From positions 183,458,001-183,522,000 of the forward strand of contig OX597814.1 in assembly GCA_951406725.2 (NCBI GenBank): DNA of 64,000 nt. Reading direction: 5' to 3'. This stretch comes from Octopus vulgaris (lineage: Eukaryota). The notes under the pieces were generated by a model. That model was not told where the DNA came from and ran no database searches. It was given only the letters and a program-made list of their open reading frames with translations. This document shows, piece by piece, positions 53,126-64,000 of this stretch; the first letter of the stretch is position 1; each line of letters starts with the position of its first letter. The translations under genes and the position numbers were made by a program.

Positions 53126-53509
53126 GGAAGCACTCCGTCGGTTACGACGACGAGGGTTCCGGTTGATCCGAATCAACGGAACAGCCTGCTCGTGAAATTA
53201 ACGTGTAAGTGGCTGAGCACTCCACAGACACGTGTACCCTTAACGCAGTTCTCGGGGATATTCAGCGTGACACAGAGAGTGACAAGGCCAGCCCTTTGAA
53301 ATACAGGTACAACAGAAACAGGAAGTAAGAGTGAGAGAAAGTTGTGGTGAAAGAGTACAGCAGGGATCACCACCACCCCCTGCCGGAGCCTCGTGGAACT
53401 TTAGGTGTTTTCGCTCAATAAACACTCACAACGCCCGGTCTGGGAATCGAAACCGCGATCCTACGACCGCGAGTCCGCTGCCCTAACCACTGGGCCATTG
53501 CGCCTCCAC
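53126..53509 (-). mobile_element. SINE family B, tail type 1, TSD TATATGTATGT
   Basis: Full length; TSD at ~53115-53125 and 53511-53521. Confidence 0.92.
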
Positions 53510-53862
53510 TTATATGTATGTAGTCATGTATTTATAGCTGTATATCTGTGTATATGTGCACGATTTGGAATTCATATTAAGATATTGGAATCTACTATAA
53601 CTTTATTCGTCTCAATTAACAGCACAATTATTAGCGCACCAAGCAAAATGGTTAGCGGTATTTCGTCTTTCTTTTCATTCTAGGTTCACATTCCGCAGAC
53701 GTTGAATTTGCCTTTCATTCTTTCGGAGGATCGATAAAATCAGTACCAGTCGAGAATGGGGTCAATGAAACCAACTTATACCTTCCCCAAACTTGCTTGA
53801 CTTGTGCAAAAATTTGAAACCAATTAACTACAAAAGATATGCCATTGTTGTTTATGCTGCCG

Positions 53863-54351
53863 TCTTCTTCTTCTTCTTCTTCTTCTTCTTCTTCTTCTTC
53901 TTCTTCTTCTTCTTCTTCTTCTTCCATTCAGGACTGACGCCATTAGCCACAAAGAATAATCTCCAATTCGAGCCTACTCTAAGCTACTAAGAATGCATGT
54001 GGCAACTTGAAGATCTACCCACCACACGCGATAGACTGGTGGTTGCACGGGCGCGAAAGCTACGTTATCCTCATTTCGTAAACGGTGGCTTTTTAACGGG
54101 TGGAAAGCTGAGCCATCCTGGGGTACAGAGGATTCGCAATCTAGACTAGGGTCTGAAAGTTTGCCACACCATAGTGGGGTACACCATGGTTCATCTGCTT
54201 TGTGGCAGAAGTAGGAAGAAAGAGTGAGAGTAAGTTGTAGTGAAAGAGTACAGCGGAGGTCGTGGAGCTTAGATGTTTTTGCTCAATAAACACTCACAAT
54301 GCCCGGTCTGGGAATCGAAACCGAGTTGTTACGACCGCGCCTTAACCACTG
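53863..54351 (-). mobile_element. SINE family B, tail type 4, with (GAA)n tail
   Basis: Reverse complement of 21851-22342; poly-(TTC) at 53863-53922. Confidence 0.88.
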
Positions 54352-55049
54352 CTGGTGTTGCTGTGGTTAATTATCCCTAAACTGGCTCTGACTGAACAGC
54401 AATATCATAATAAGAATTTCAGCCATTATTATATCGTCTTATTTTCAGGCATCCATCACATCATCCTATATATTCATGTAGCCTCATTATCCACTACTTT
54501 CCATTTTCACTTCACAATAACTGGGTACATTTAAAAGTAGTATAATTGGCAAATATTTCTAGCAAACAGAAAACTTTTTCAGGAGCTCCATCGTTGGTTC
54601 TTAAAAAAATAAAAGGGATTGTTTATATTGCGGATCTTATTATTCCAGGAAGGAAATAATTGATCGAACATGTGTTGAATAACACTCAGTAACCATTGTT
54701 ACTAACCATACCGAGGTGTGTGAGGTACAGAGTGCATATATTTTAATTAGACGTATGGCATTCCAGTTTGCTTATCTTTTTGTTTCAGTAACTGCGGGAA
54801 CAATGAATATATGTTTAACGATTTTTTAAAAATTTTTTCAGGCCTGAAAATTTTAACTGATTTAAATTAACTGGGATGATGGTGTGTTTTGAGCTTTGAT
54901 ATTAGTAAATGGGGAGAAAAATAAAGATAGGTACGTACTTCTAAGAAATCCTGTTCTATGAAAGAATCATTAGAAGTGAAACGAGTGGTGGAAAGATTGA
55001 GTACATCCAGTGGATTTAGGTGGAACCAGGATAAAGAATATATCTCGCT

Positions 55050-55050
55050 G

Positions 55051-55095
<45 letters not shown>

Positions 55096-55160
55096 ATATA
55101 TATAAAAAATATATATCTGTATATATATAAATATATATATATATAATATAATATATATAA

Positions 55161-55201
<41 letters not shown>

Positions 55202-55225
55202 ATATATATAAAAAATATATATCTG

Positions 55226-55256
<31 letters not shown>

Positions 55257-55276
55257 ATATATATAAAAAATATATA

Positions 55277-55323
<47 letters not shown>
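55050..55323. repeat. Higher-order AT repeat: (TA)n-ATATAATATATATAAAAAATATATATCTG units
   Basis: Four related units read directly. Confidence 0.9.
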
Positions 55324-55326
<3 letters not shown>

Positions 55327-56535
55327 AGCACACATAAGAAATGGATGTGTACATATTCTTAATAGTGATCTTGTTCTAGTTCAAAGATAAAGTCACAACA
55401 CATGATATTGAAATATATTTATTCTGATAAATACATACTTACACACAAGCTGGAACACTTGAATACAAACTCAATCATCGCATACACGTACACATACACC
55501 TGGATACATACTGACATACACACTCAGATACGCGCTGACACACACACACACACACACGTATATTTCTAGTTTATATATATATATATAAATTAATAACTTA
55601 CGCTTTTTTACACATATTCATGTATAAGAGAAAATTAACCTAGATTCCTGAAAGATTGAAAGCAACATTCAAAATCTTAATGCAAGTCTTCCACATGTGT
55701 ATACGATTCTTATGCAGTGTTGAGCGATAGTTTTGAATATTAAACAGAAAATACATACAAAAAAAAAAAAAGAAGCAAGACAAGCAAAAAAACAATAAAC
55801 AAACAAACAATAGTGTATAGAGTTAGATGAGCGATGTTTTGAAATTTCTATTTGACTTTTCACAAGCAATTCCGTCAGAAGATTTACTGGGTCGGAAAAA
55901 TCTCGGTATAATTCGATTTTATGGCCGGAGTATTTGTCTTTTGATGCTTTCTCGCGGAGTGAATTAAACGAAATCACTCAACCAGCAAGTCTATTCGTCT
56001 ATTTCTTTACGCATGCGTTGCTTTTTGCTTCCGAGTTTCTTTCCCTTCAGCGAGTTCACAATAACACGCACCCAACCCAGTTCATCGTCAATCAGCCAGT
56101 TAGCCAATTAGCAAGTAAGGGAGAGAGAGATAGAGATAGATAGATAGAAATATATATTGAGAGAGGGGGAGACAGAGGAAGAGAAACACAGTAAGAGAGA
56201 GAGAGAAATTTAAAAAGAAAAACAAAAACACAGTAAACTCTACACGTGATGCCAGGGAAAAAGGCAAGGAGCTATAAACGTCAGAATAGTAAATGCTGAA
56301 CATTTAATTTTGTGATGAGAATTGCACATAAATTTCGCAATTGCTCTGCTATTTTCTTTGGTCAATACAGCATTGAATAATAGTTCGTTCCGTTACGGCG
56401 CAGCGAAACACCCTGTGTCGTTATTTTTACCAACTCTTAATGCTTTTAACTTTCCTAATATTAATGTGTTGTTGGTGAAACCCGAAACGAAAGCAATACA
56501 ATTTTGCTCTAATTGAATGTTTTCTATTTCGCTTA

Positions 56536-56630
56536 GTATGTATGCATGCATGTATGTATGTATGTATGTATGTATGTATGTATGTATGTATGTATGTATG
56601 TATGTATGTATGTATGTATGTATGTATGTA

Positions 56631-56669
<39 letters not shown>

Positions 56670-56830
56670 ATGTATTTACGTACGTACGTATGTATATATG
56701 TATGCATGCGTACATGTATATACATGCACGCACACACTCATATACACTCCATATATGTATTTATGTATGTATGTATGGATGTATGTATGTATGTCTCTCT
56801 CTCCCTCTCCCTCCCTCTCTCTATCTCTTT
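56536..56830. repeat. Compound microsatellite (TATG, TG, TC)
   Basis: Direct read. Confidence 0.95.
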
Positions 56831-57092
56831 CGTTCTTCTTATATGCGTTTCCAATGTCTATGGCCTTGCTGGGGCACTGCCTTGAAGCTTTTAGTCTAAA
56901 AAATCGACCCCGGTACTTAATTTTAAAAGGTTGTTGCCTATTTTATCGATCTCTTTTTGTTAGGTTACGCGGACGTGAAGAAACAAATATCCGTTTTTTT
57001 AGCATTTGTAGGCGCTAAATATAAGCACAAATACATTCATGTATGCATGCATGTATGTATGTATGTATGTATGTATGTATGTATGTATGCAT

Positions 57093-57321
57093 AGGCGAAT
57101 GGCAGAAACGTTAGCACGTCGGGCGAAATGCGTAGCCGTATTTCGTCTGCCGTTAAGTGTTCTGGGTTCAAATTCCGCCGAGGTCGACTTTGCCTTTCAT
57201 CCTTTCGGGGTCGATAAATTAAGTACCAGTTACGCACTGGAGTCGATGTAATCGACTTAATCCCTTTGTCTGTCCTTGTTTGTCCCCTCTATGTTTAGCC
57301 CCTTGTGGGTAGTAAAGAAAT
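57093..57321 (+). mobile_element. SINE family D
   Basis: Head, body and tail ending GTAAAGAAATA. Confidence 0.9.
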
Positions 57322-57699
57322 ATATATGCATACAGAGATAGAGAGAGAGGGAGAAAGAGAGAGAGAAAAGGAGAGAAATATCGTTGTATATATATCATTT
57401 TCTCACTAGAACGTGATTGATATTTGCCATAAGAACTACCTACCTCAAAAGGACCGAGATTTCTATAACTGAGGAAGCGAAATGACGCCAAACACCCGTA
57501 TCTGTTAGTCTGCTGACGCTATTTGGTGATTGACGTGCTGTAACACATAATGTCAATAGTGAAAAATTTCTTCTCCGAAACACAAGTAATATGAGGTTAA
57601 ACAACAACAAGGCTGTGAACTGTTGGTTCTTGTCTACAAGGCCTCGTAGAGTTTTTTCCGTGTCTCTACGCCCTGTGTTCAAAACCCACTGAAGTCAAC

Positions 57700-57834
57700 T
57701 GCTTTACCTAAAAGTCATTAATTCATCAAGTTTGACAGGCCTATTCTGAAGAAACAAGAGGAATTGAGACATACAAACCTAGAGACTTAAACGCATACAC
57801 TAACGCACACACGTACACCCATCCACACAATCGC
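57700..57834 (+). repeat. ~135-bp direct duplication (other copy 59899-60034)
   Basis: Near-identical sequence 2.2 kb apart. Confidence 0.92.
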
Positions 57835-58227
57835 TTTCCTTCTCTCGAGGTTTACACAATATAATTTCAATCCAAGTGAGTAGACTAGCGGAGATTTTAG
57901 AACGTCGAATGAAATGCTTTGCAGTATTTGTTCAGGGTTCTTGTATTCAGCAACACCTGCGGCAACACTGGTATCAAGCTGTATCAGCCCTAATACTGTA
58001 GCCTTTCGTTTGGACGACATCGGATGTGGAAAGACAAGACTTGCGTTCATGAGCAATTGCCAGTCTAGAGCCGCACATACAGATGTAGTGAAATAGTGAA
58101 ACCTGTATGATGGAGACTCTTAGAGAATGTGTCCAGTGCAGGTAATAAATGCAAAAGAGTGCAGTAAATAATATTTCCTTGAAAGTGTTGCGTCATTAAA
58201 TTCAAACTGAAATATTGTAAGAAATAT

Positions 58228-58636
58228 GGAGTGGCTGTGTAGTAAGTAGCTTGTTTACCAAGCACATGGTTCCGGGTTCAGTCCCACTGCGTGGCACCTT
58301 GGGCAGGTGTCTTCTACTATAGTCTCGGGCCGACCAAAGCCTTGTGAGTGGATTTGGTAGACGGAAACTGAAAGAAGCCCGTCGTATATGTGTATATATA
58401 TGTATATGCGTGTGTGTGTTTGTGTGTCTGTGTTTGTCCCCCTAGCATTGCTTGACAACCGATGCTGGTGTGTTTACGTCGCCGTCACTTAGCGGTTCGG
58501 CAAAAGAGACCGATAGAATAAGTACTGGTCTCAAAAGAGACCGATAGAATAAGTACGAGTTGCTCGACTAAAGGCGGTGCCCCAGCATGGCCGCAGTCAA
58601 ATGACTGAAACAAGTAAAAAGAGAGTAAAAGAGTAA
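58228..58636 (+). mobile_element. SINE family A
   Basis: Full length with a small internal duplication (AAAAGAGACCGATAGAATAAGTAC twice). Confidence 0.92.
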
Positions 58637-59576
58637 AGAAAGTCGGATATAAAAATAGAGTAATAAATAAATAAATAGAAAATCAGATAAGAGAAATTTT
58701 TCTATAGAGGAGTGGAGGGAATGATGAATAGTATCTGACAAAGTATTTATTATACACTGAAATTTCGCATCTTTTGACTGTTGTTAAATGTATTCTTGGC
58801 AGAACTGTTAACACGCCGGGCAAAATGCTTAGTGACATTTCGCTCGTCTTTACCTTCTGAGTTCAAATCCCACCTAGGTCAGCTTTGCCTTTCATCGTTT
58901 CGGGGTTGATGAAATAAGTACCAGTTGAGCCCTGGGGTCAATGTAATTTCGGGGGAGGGTATAAGCCGATTACATTGACCTCAATGCTCAACTTGTACTA
59001 TTTTGTCGACCCCGATAGGATGAAAGGCAGCATTTGAACTAAGAAAGCACAGATACTTGCCCAAGTTGCCGTGTAATACGACTGAACCCGAAACCATGTG
59101 GTGGCAAAGCGAGACTTCATCACTCAGCCATGCTTGCACCGTATAAAAATATCATAGAAATCTTATTATTTGTCAGAAAGTTAGTATATTGCACACAAGG
59201 TTGTGACAGTGATATAGGAGATGAATCTTCGCAACACACGTTTCACAACATAAACAGCACTACACATAAGCATCAGGTAGTTAATCTGCAAAAGTTTGTT
59301 TCATAAGTATTTGCGCTTTTCATTATTTAGTCAAACGAAAAGAAGGACGAGAAGAAGAAGAATAGATTCTGAGCAACATCCTTCCGGTATCGACAAAAAT
59401 ATAGTATTATAAGCATATATACCAACTAATTTCTTTTTCATTTTGTTGTATATAAGGTCTTTGTAGTTATGTGACATTCATGGTTAACAGAATTTCTAAT
59501 CAAATCAAAAAGCTTAACAAAAATACTTTACCACCTTGAAAAGAGCAGATTATATATATATGTATGTATATATAAT

Positions 59577-59614
<38 letters not shown>

Positions 59615-60089
59615 CTGTTTTGTTCCCTGTCGAAGTAAAGATTGTTTGCCATTCTTTCTTTTGTAGTGATAAAATCCCTATAGAAATCCTGCGTAGTACT
59701 CGTCACAGCCACCTGGAAAACTTGACATATAAGATTTAGCAATGTACATTGTACACTAGTATCATAAAAGCCCATTTCACCATATCGTATGTTTTCTACG
59801 AATTAATGTTTCATGCTGTCACTCTCATGATAACCTTGACAATGTCATTTATAAGTTTAATTACTTAAATCGCCCACAAATCCTTAATTCCGAGATTTTG
59901 CTTTACCTAAAAAATCATTAATTCATCAAGTTTGACAGGCCTATTCTGAAGAAACAAGAGGAATTGAGACATACAAACCTAGAGACTTAAACGCATACAC
60001 TAACGCACACGCGTACACCCATCCACACAATCGCAAACACATACACACACTAACTCTCTCTCTCTCTTTCAGATACATATTTGATTTTG

Positions 60090-60138
60090 ATTTTTCCAGT
60101 TTCAGCTCATGAGCTGTGGCCATGCTGGGGCACCGCCA
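60090..60138 (-). mobile_element. ~50-nt solo retroelement tail
   Basis: Third copy with the same 5' start TGGCGGTGCCCC. Confidence 0.8.
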
Positions 60139-60546
60139 TTTGTACGATATTATTTAAAAAATACATGTCTATTACGGATTTCCGATTACGCATGCGCCAT
60201 GGTATAAAGTAAGCTCTTTTTACGGTCGCCGGCCGTATAATAGTATAAAAGGTGCAGCATCTGAGTTTTGTTTCAAAAATCGATGGCCTAATCATGATGC
60301 GTCATTAAAAACTAAAGACAAAAAGGCACGGCACATCTCTGGCTAATCTACTATGGAATCTGACAATTACTTTAGTAGGGTCTAACACCATCCATCTTGG
60401 AAAACTGCAGTGTGATAATATGATATATAATTAGAAATATGTTTTGAGAAAATAAACCTCACTATATATCAAATATTAACTTCAGTATATTTAATTAGAC
60501 AAACGCTTCTGTACAACTTTATGTATGAATGTATGTTTGTGTAGAA

Positions 60547-60599
<53 letters not shown>

Positions 60600-60634
60600 C
60601 ATGTATATTAGTATCTGTTAGTTAATATCTTTAT

Positions 60635-60905
60635 TATTGACCGAGGTTACCGTGGTCTTTTCCATAGGCTTTTCTTTCCACTGATAAACCTTATCTGTTT
60701 TCCCCTTTACACCTTACATCATGTCATTTCTGTGATACATGATCCCTATTGATCGTTTTTTTTCCTCTTTTTTTTACGATCCCTTTTGATCGAAAACCTA
60801 CACCCTTTTTTCTTCTTTTCTTTTTTTTTCTCCCCAAAAAGAAAAGCTCTACTTTGTAATTTGTCCCCTCTGTTTTCATCCCTCTGTGGCTAATAAAGAA
60901 GCATA
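60635..60905 (+). mobile_element. Probable LINE 3' UTR sharing its tail with family D
   Basis: Pyrimidine-rich; ends TTTGTCCCCTCTG..CCCTCTGTGGCTAATAAAGAA, like the D tail. Confidence 0.5.
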
Positions 60906-61064
60906 ATATCTTTATTAATGCATTATACTTACAGAAGGTTACAGGTCTTTATCTTCGTATTCTTTATCTTCGTATGTGTGTGTATAGATGTATGTGCGAA
61001 TGCCTATATAAATACTATATTAATTTATCAGTAAGTAATATTTTAGATTTTGTTATGGTGACAA

Positions 61065-61660
61065 ACTGGCAGAATTATTTGCAACCAGGCAACAATTCTT
61101 AGTCGCTTTTTTCCTCGTCTTTACGTTCTCAAATTCCGCCGAGGTCTACTTTGCCTTTCATCATTTCTTAGTCGATGAAAAAAGTACCACTTGAGCACTT
61201 GGATCGATGTAATTGGCTTACTCCTTCCCTTAAATTTCTGACCTTGTGCCAAAATTTGAAACTAATATTTTAATTTCGAAAGGCGGCGAGCTGGCAGAAA
61301 CGTTAACACGCCGGATGAAATGCTTAGCAGTATTTCGTCTGCCGCTACGTTCTGAGTTCAAATTCCGGCGAGGTCGACTTTGCCTTTCATCCTTTCGGGG
61401 TCGATTAAATAAGTACCAGTTACGCACTGGGGTCAATATAATCGACTTAATCCGTTTGTCTTCTCTGCGTTTAGCCCCTTGTGGGTAGTAAAGAAATAGG
61501 TATTTCGTCTGCCGTTACGTTCTGAGTTCAAATTCCGCCGAGGTCGACTTTGCCTTTCATCCTTTCGGGGTAGATAAATTAAGTACCAGTTGCGTACTGG
61601 GTCGATCTGATCGTCTGGCCACCTCCCCCAAAATTTCTGGCCTTGTGCCTACAGTAGAAA
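61065..61660 (+). mobile_element. Family D cluster including a self-nested pair
   Basis: Old copy at 61065-61262, then head-body-tail joined at GAAATA|GGTATTTCG (~61499) to a second body. Confidence 0.88.
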
Positions 61661-62417
61661 CGAATATTTAAATTTCGATCTAAAGTTATATATTCCTTTT
61701 TAATATTATATGTATACATGTAGATATAATGGCAACAGAAATTTTTTTTTGATTCCTTGAACATTTTAATTATTTTCTTGATTTATAAATTTATTTCTTC
61801 AGACAAAAAACTCAACAAAACATCTCAGCAACGAAATAACTTTGTTTTATCTGCCTTGAGTAATGTCCGTGTCCGTGTGTTCGTCAGATGGGAGACCATG
61901 ATGTATAGTTTTACTAGCAACAGTTCGCTATTAAGTCAATTGTTGACAATTAACTCCAGATAACACAACAGTATCACATTACATAGTAGGTACTGAATTG
62001 TGTACTCGGCCAAATTAATGGCCTTAGACAAGTCACTAGCAATTAGTAGACGTATCATTCTGGAGACACAATGTTCTATTATCTTATCCCATATATATTT
62101 TAGGTGTTTATTTATTCCTTTATTTTCCCTCTATTCTTTCGTTCTCTTCAATTCATTACATTTCTTGTCCAGTCTTTTTAATATGTGGTTTATTGCATGC
62201 TTTCTTTTTGTTTTAACTGTGATATGTTAATGAAATGATAAGAAAATCTTCACCAAGGGATATATATTCTGTGAAATACTGCTTCATTCAGCAAATTGAT
62301 TTTATACATAAACCTCACGAATCAATTTTTGCGGTATAGTTAGAATAGGACAGATACAATACCTTATTTCGCATATTAAATTATATTGTAGAAATAAGCT
62401 TCTGGTAAACTGTTGAT

Positions 62418-62732
62418 GGTAGAGACACATGGGCTAGTGGTTAGAGAAACGGACTCGCAGTCGAGGGATCGCGGGTTCGAATCTTAGACCGGGCGATGTG
62501 TGTGTTTATGAGCGAAACGCCTAAGTTCCACGCGGCTCCGGCGGAAGGTAATGGTGAACTTCTGCTGACTCTTTCGCCACAACTTTCACTCACTCATTCC
62601 TCCTGCATCTTGCAGCGCACCTGCGACGGACCAGCGCCCTATCCAGGTGGGAAACCTATACGCCAAGGAAACCAGGAAACTGGCCCTGATGAGCCAGGCA
62701 TGGCTCCAGAAGGAACAAACAAAACAAACAAA
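62418..62732 (+). mobile_element. SINE family B, tail type 3
   Basis: Match to other type 3 copies. Confidence 0.9.
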
Positions 62733-62811
62733 CTATTGATGAAACTATTCCAGAGTTATGCAATAAAATAAAATGTCACGCCATTCTCCTTGTTATTATC
62801 TATATAAACAT

Positions 62812-63025
62812 TAAGGCGGCAAGCCGGCAGAATCGCTGGCACAGCGAGCAAAATGCATAGCGGCATTTCGCCCGTCTTTACGTTCTGAGCTCAAATTCCG
62901 CGTAGGTGTCAACGTTGCCTTCCATTATTTCAGAGTCGATAAAATAAGTAGCAGCTGTGTAATAGGGTCGATGTAATCAACTTACCACCGCCTCTGAACT
63001 TGCTGGCCTTGTGTCAAAATTTGAA
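62812..63025 (+). mobile_element. SINE family D, diverged
   Basis: Match to other family D copies. Confidence 0.8.
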
Positions 63026-63175
63026 ATCAGTATCTGTATAAACTCTGATATTTACAGGATTTTAGATATCAGTAAAGCGATCCACTTCCGTTTTATAATA
63101 GTATCTGACAGCCGATACCTGGGATCAGGCTTAAATAAAACAAACTCCAAGGTTAAAACCCAAATGAAATTGATA

Positions 63176-63228
<53 letters not shown>

Positions 63229-64000
63229 TCTTTTCCTTTACTTGTTTTAGTCATTTGACTGCAGCCATGCTGGAACAAAGTCTTGAAGAATTTTAGCCGA
63301 AGAAATGTACAATTCTGTAAAAATGGATACTGCTGTTGGTAAACATAGCAGTTTAAATATACTTAGATGATACTGTGTTTATAAACATACGCAACAAATC
63401 AGATGGCAAACTACAAAGGGGTTATATTTTTATCGATGACATGCGTAGGGCCTAACACGTGCTACCCTTGATCAACTCATAAGTTACCTAGTAGAGATCT
63501 ACCCAAAATATCATGTGACACTATATTTTAGTTTGGATAAAAACAAGAGTAAAAGTTTGTGGACCATGTTCTGAAATTTAAGAGGAGGGAATAGTCGTTA
63601 TTTGAACACTAAGAGTAAAGATATGTAATCAAGTAACGCATGATGTTTTGTCCAGCGGTCAACCGATTTTCCTAATCTACTGTTTTCACACTTAGAATAA
63701 TAGTTGCAACAACGATAAAAACAACAACAACGTCAGAGACAGCAAAGTGCTGATGTAACAGGATTTAATCTACTCTCTAATTCTAGCATTACTCATCGAA
63801 AAACTGAACTTAATCTTTGTATTGTTACTGTCAAAAATCAATCTCCAATGCATGAGTAATTGGTAGAGATGAACTTCTGTAAACTTTACTACCCTCCTTC
63901 GACTGTATTCAAAAGGAAAACAAAACAAACGGAACACGTGATTATTCTTTTGTAAAAAAAAAAATATTTTGCGCAGAGAAAAATATGTTACAGTTGATGG

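Noticed and set aside
53715-53990. Poly-E and poly-F ORFs
   Set aside because: (GAA)n tail of a SINE
57700-60034. LTR retrotransposon bounded by the 135-bp repeats
   Set aside because: No TG..CA termini, PBS, PPT or gag/pol; the interior is older SINEs and unique DNA

Overview
AT-rich eukaryotic non-coding DNA: a gene desert or very large intron with no convincing host protein-coding exon. Dense (TA)n/(CA)n/(TACA)n/(GATA)n microsatellites and the recurring tRNA-headed SINE families resemble an octopus (cephalopod) genome; this is an inference. Almost all supplied ORFs are microsatellite or SINE artefacts. Supportable content: dozens of SINE copies in four families (here A-D) with swapped 3' modules; decayed LINE fragments (CR1/Jockey-like RT, R4/Dong-like); a Helitron with a frameshifted PIF1-like helicase plus an intact two-exon ORF; a short non-autonomous Helitron; a Tc1-like D36E transposase fragment; mariner-type MITEs; a tRNA-Cys(GCA) copy fused to a retroelement tail; and several hammerhead-ribozyme motifs (one canonical, others variant) in Penelope/retrozyme-like inserts within TA microsatellites. 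Coordinates were read by eye; repeat ends are approximate.
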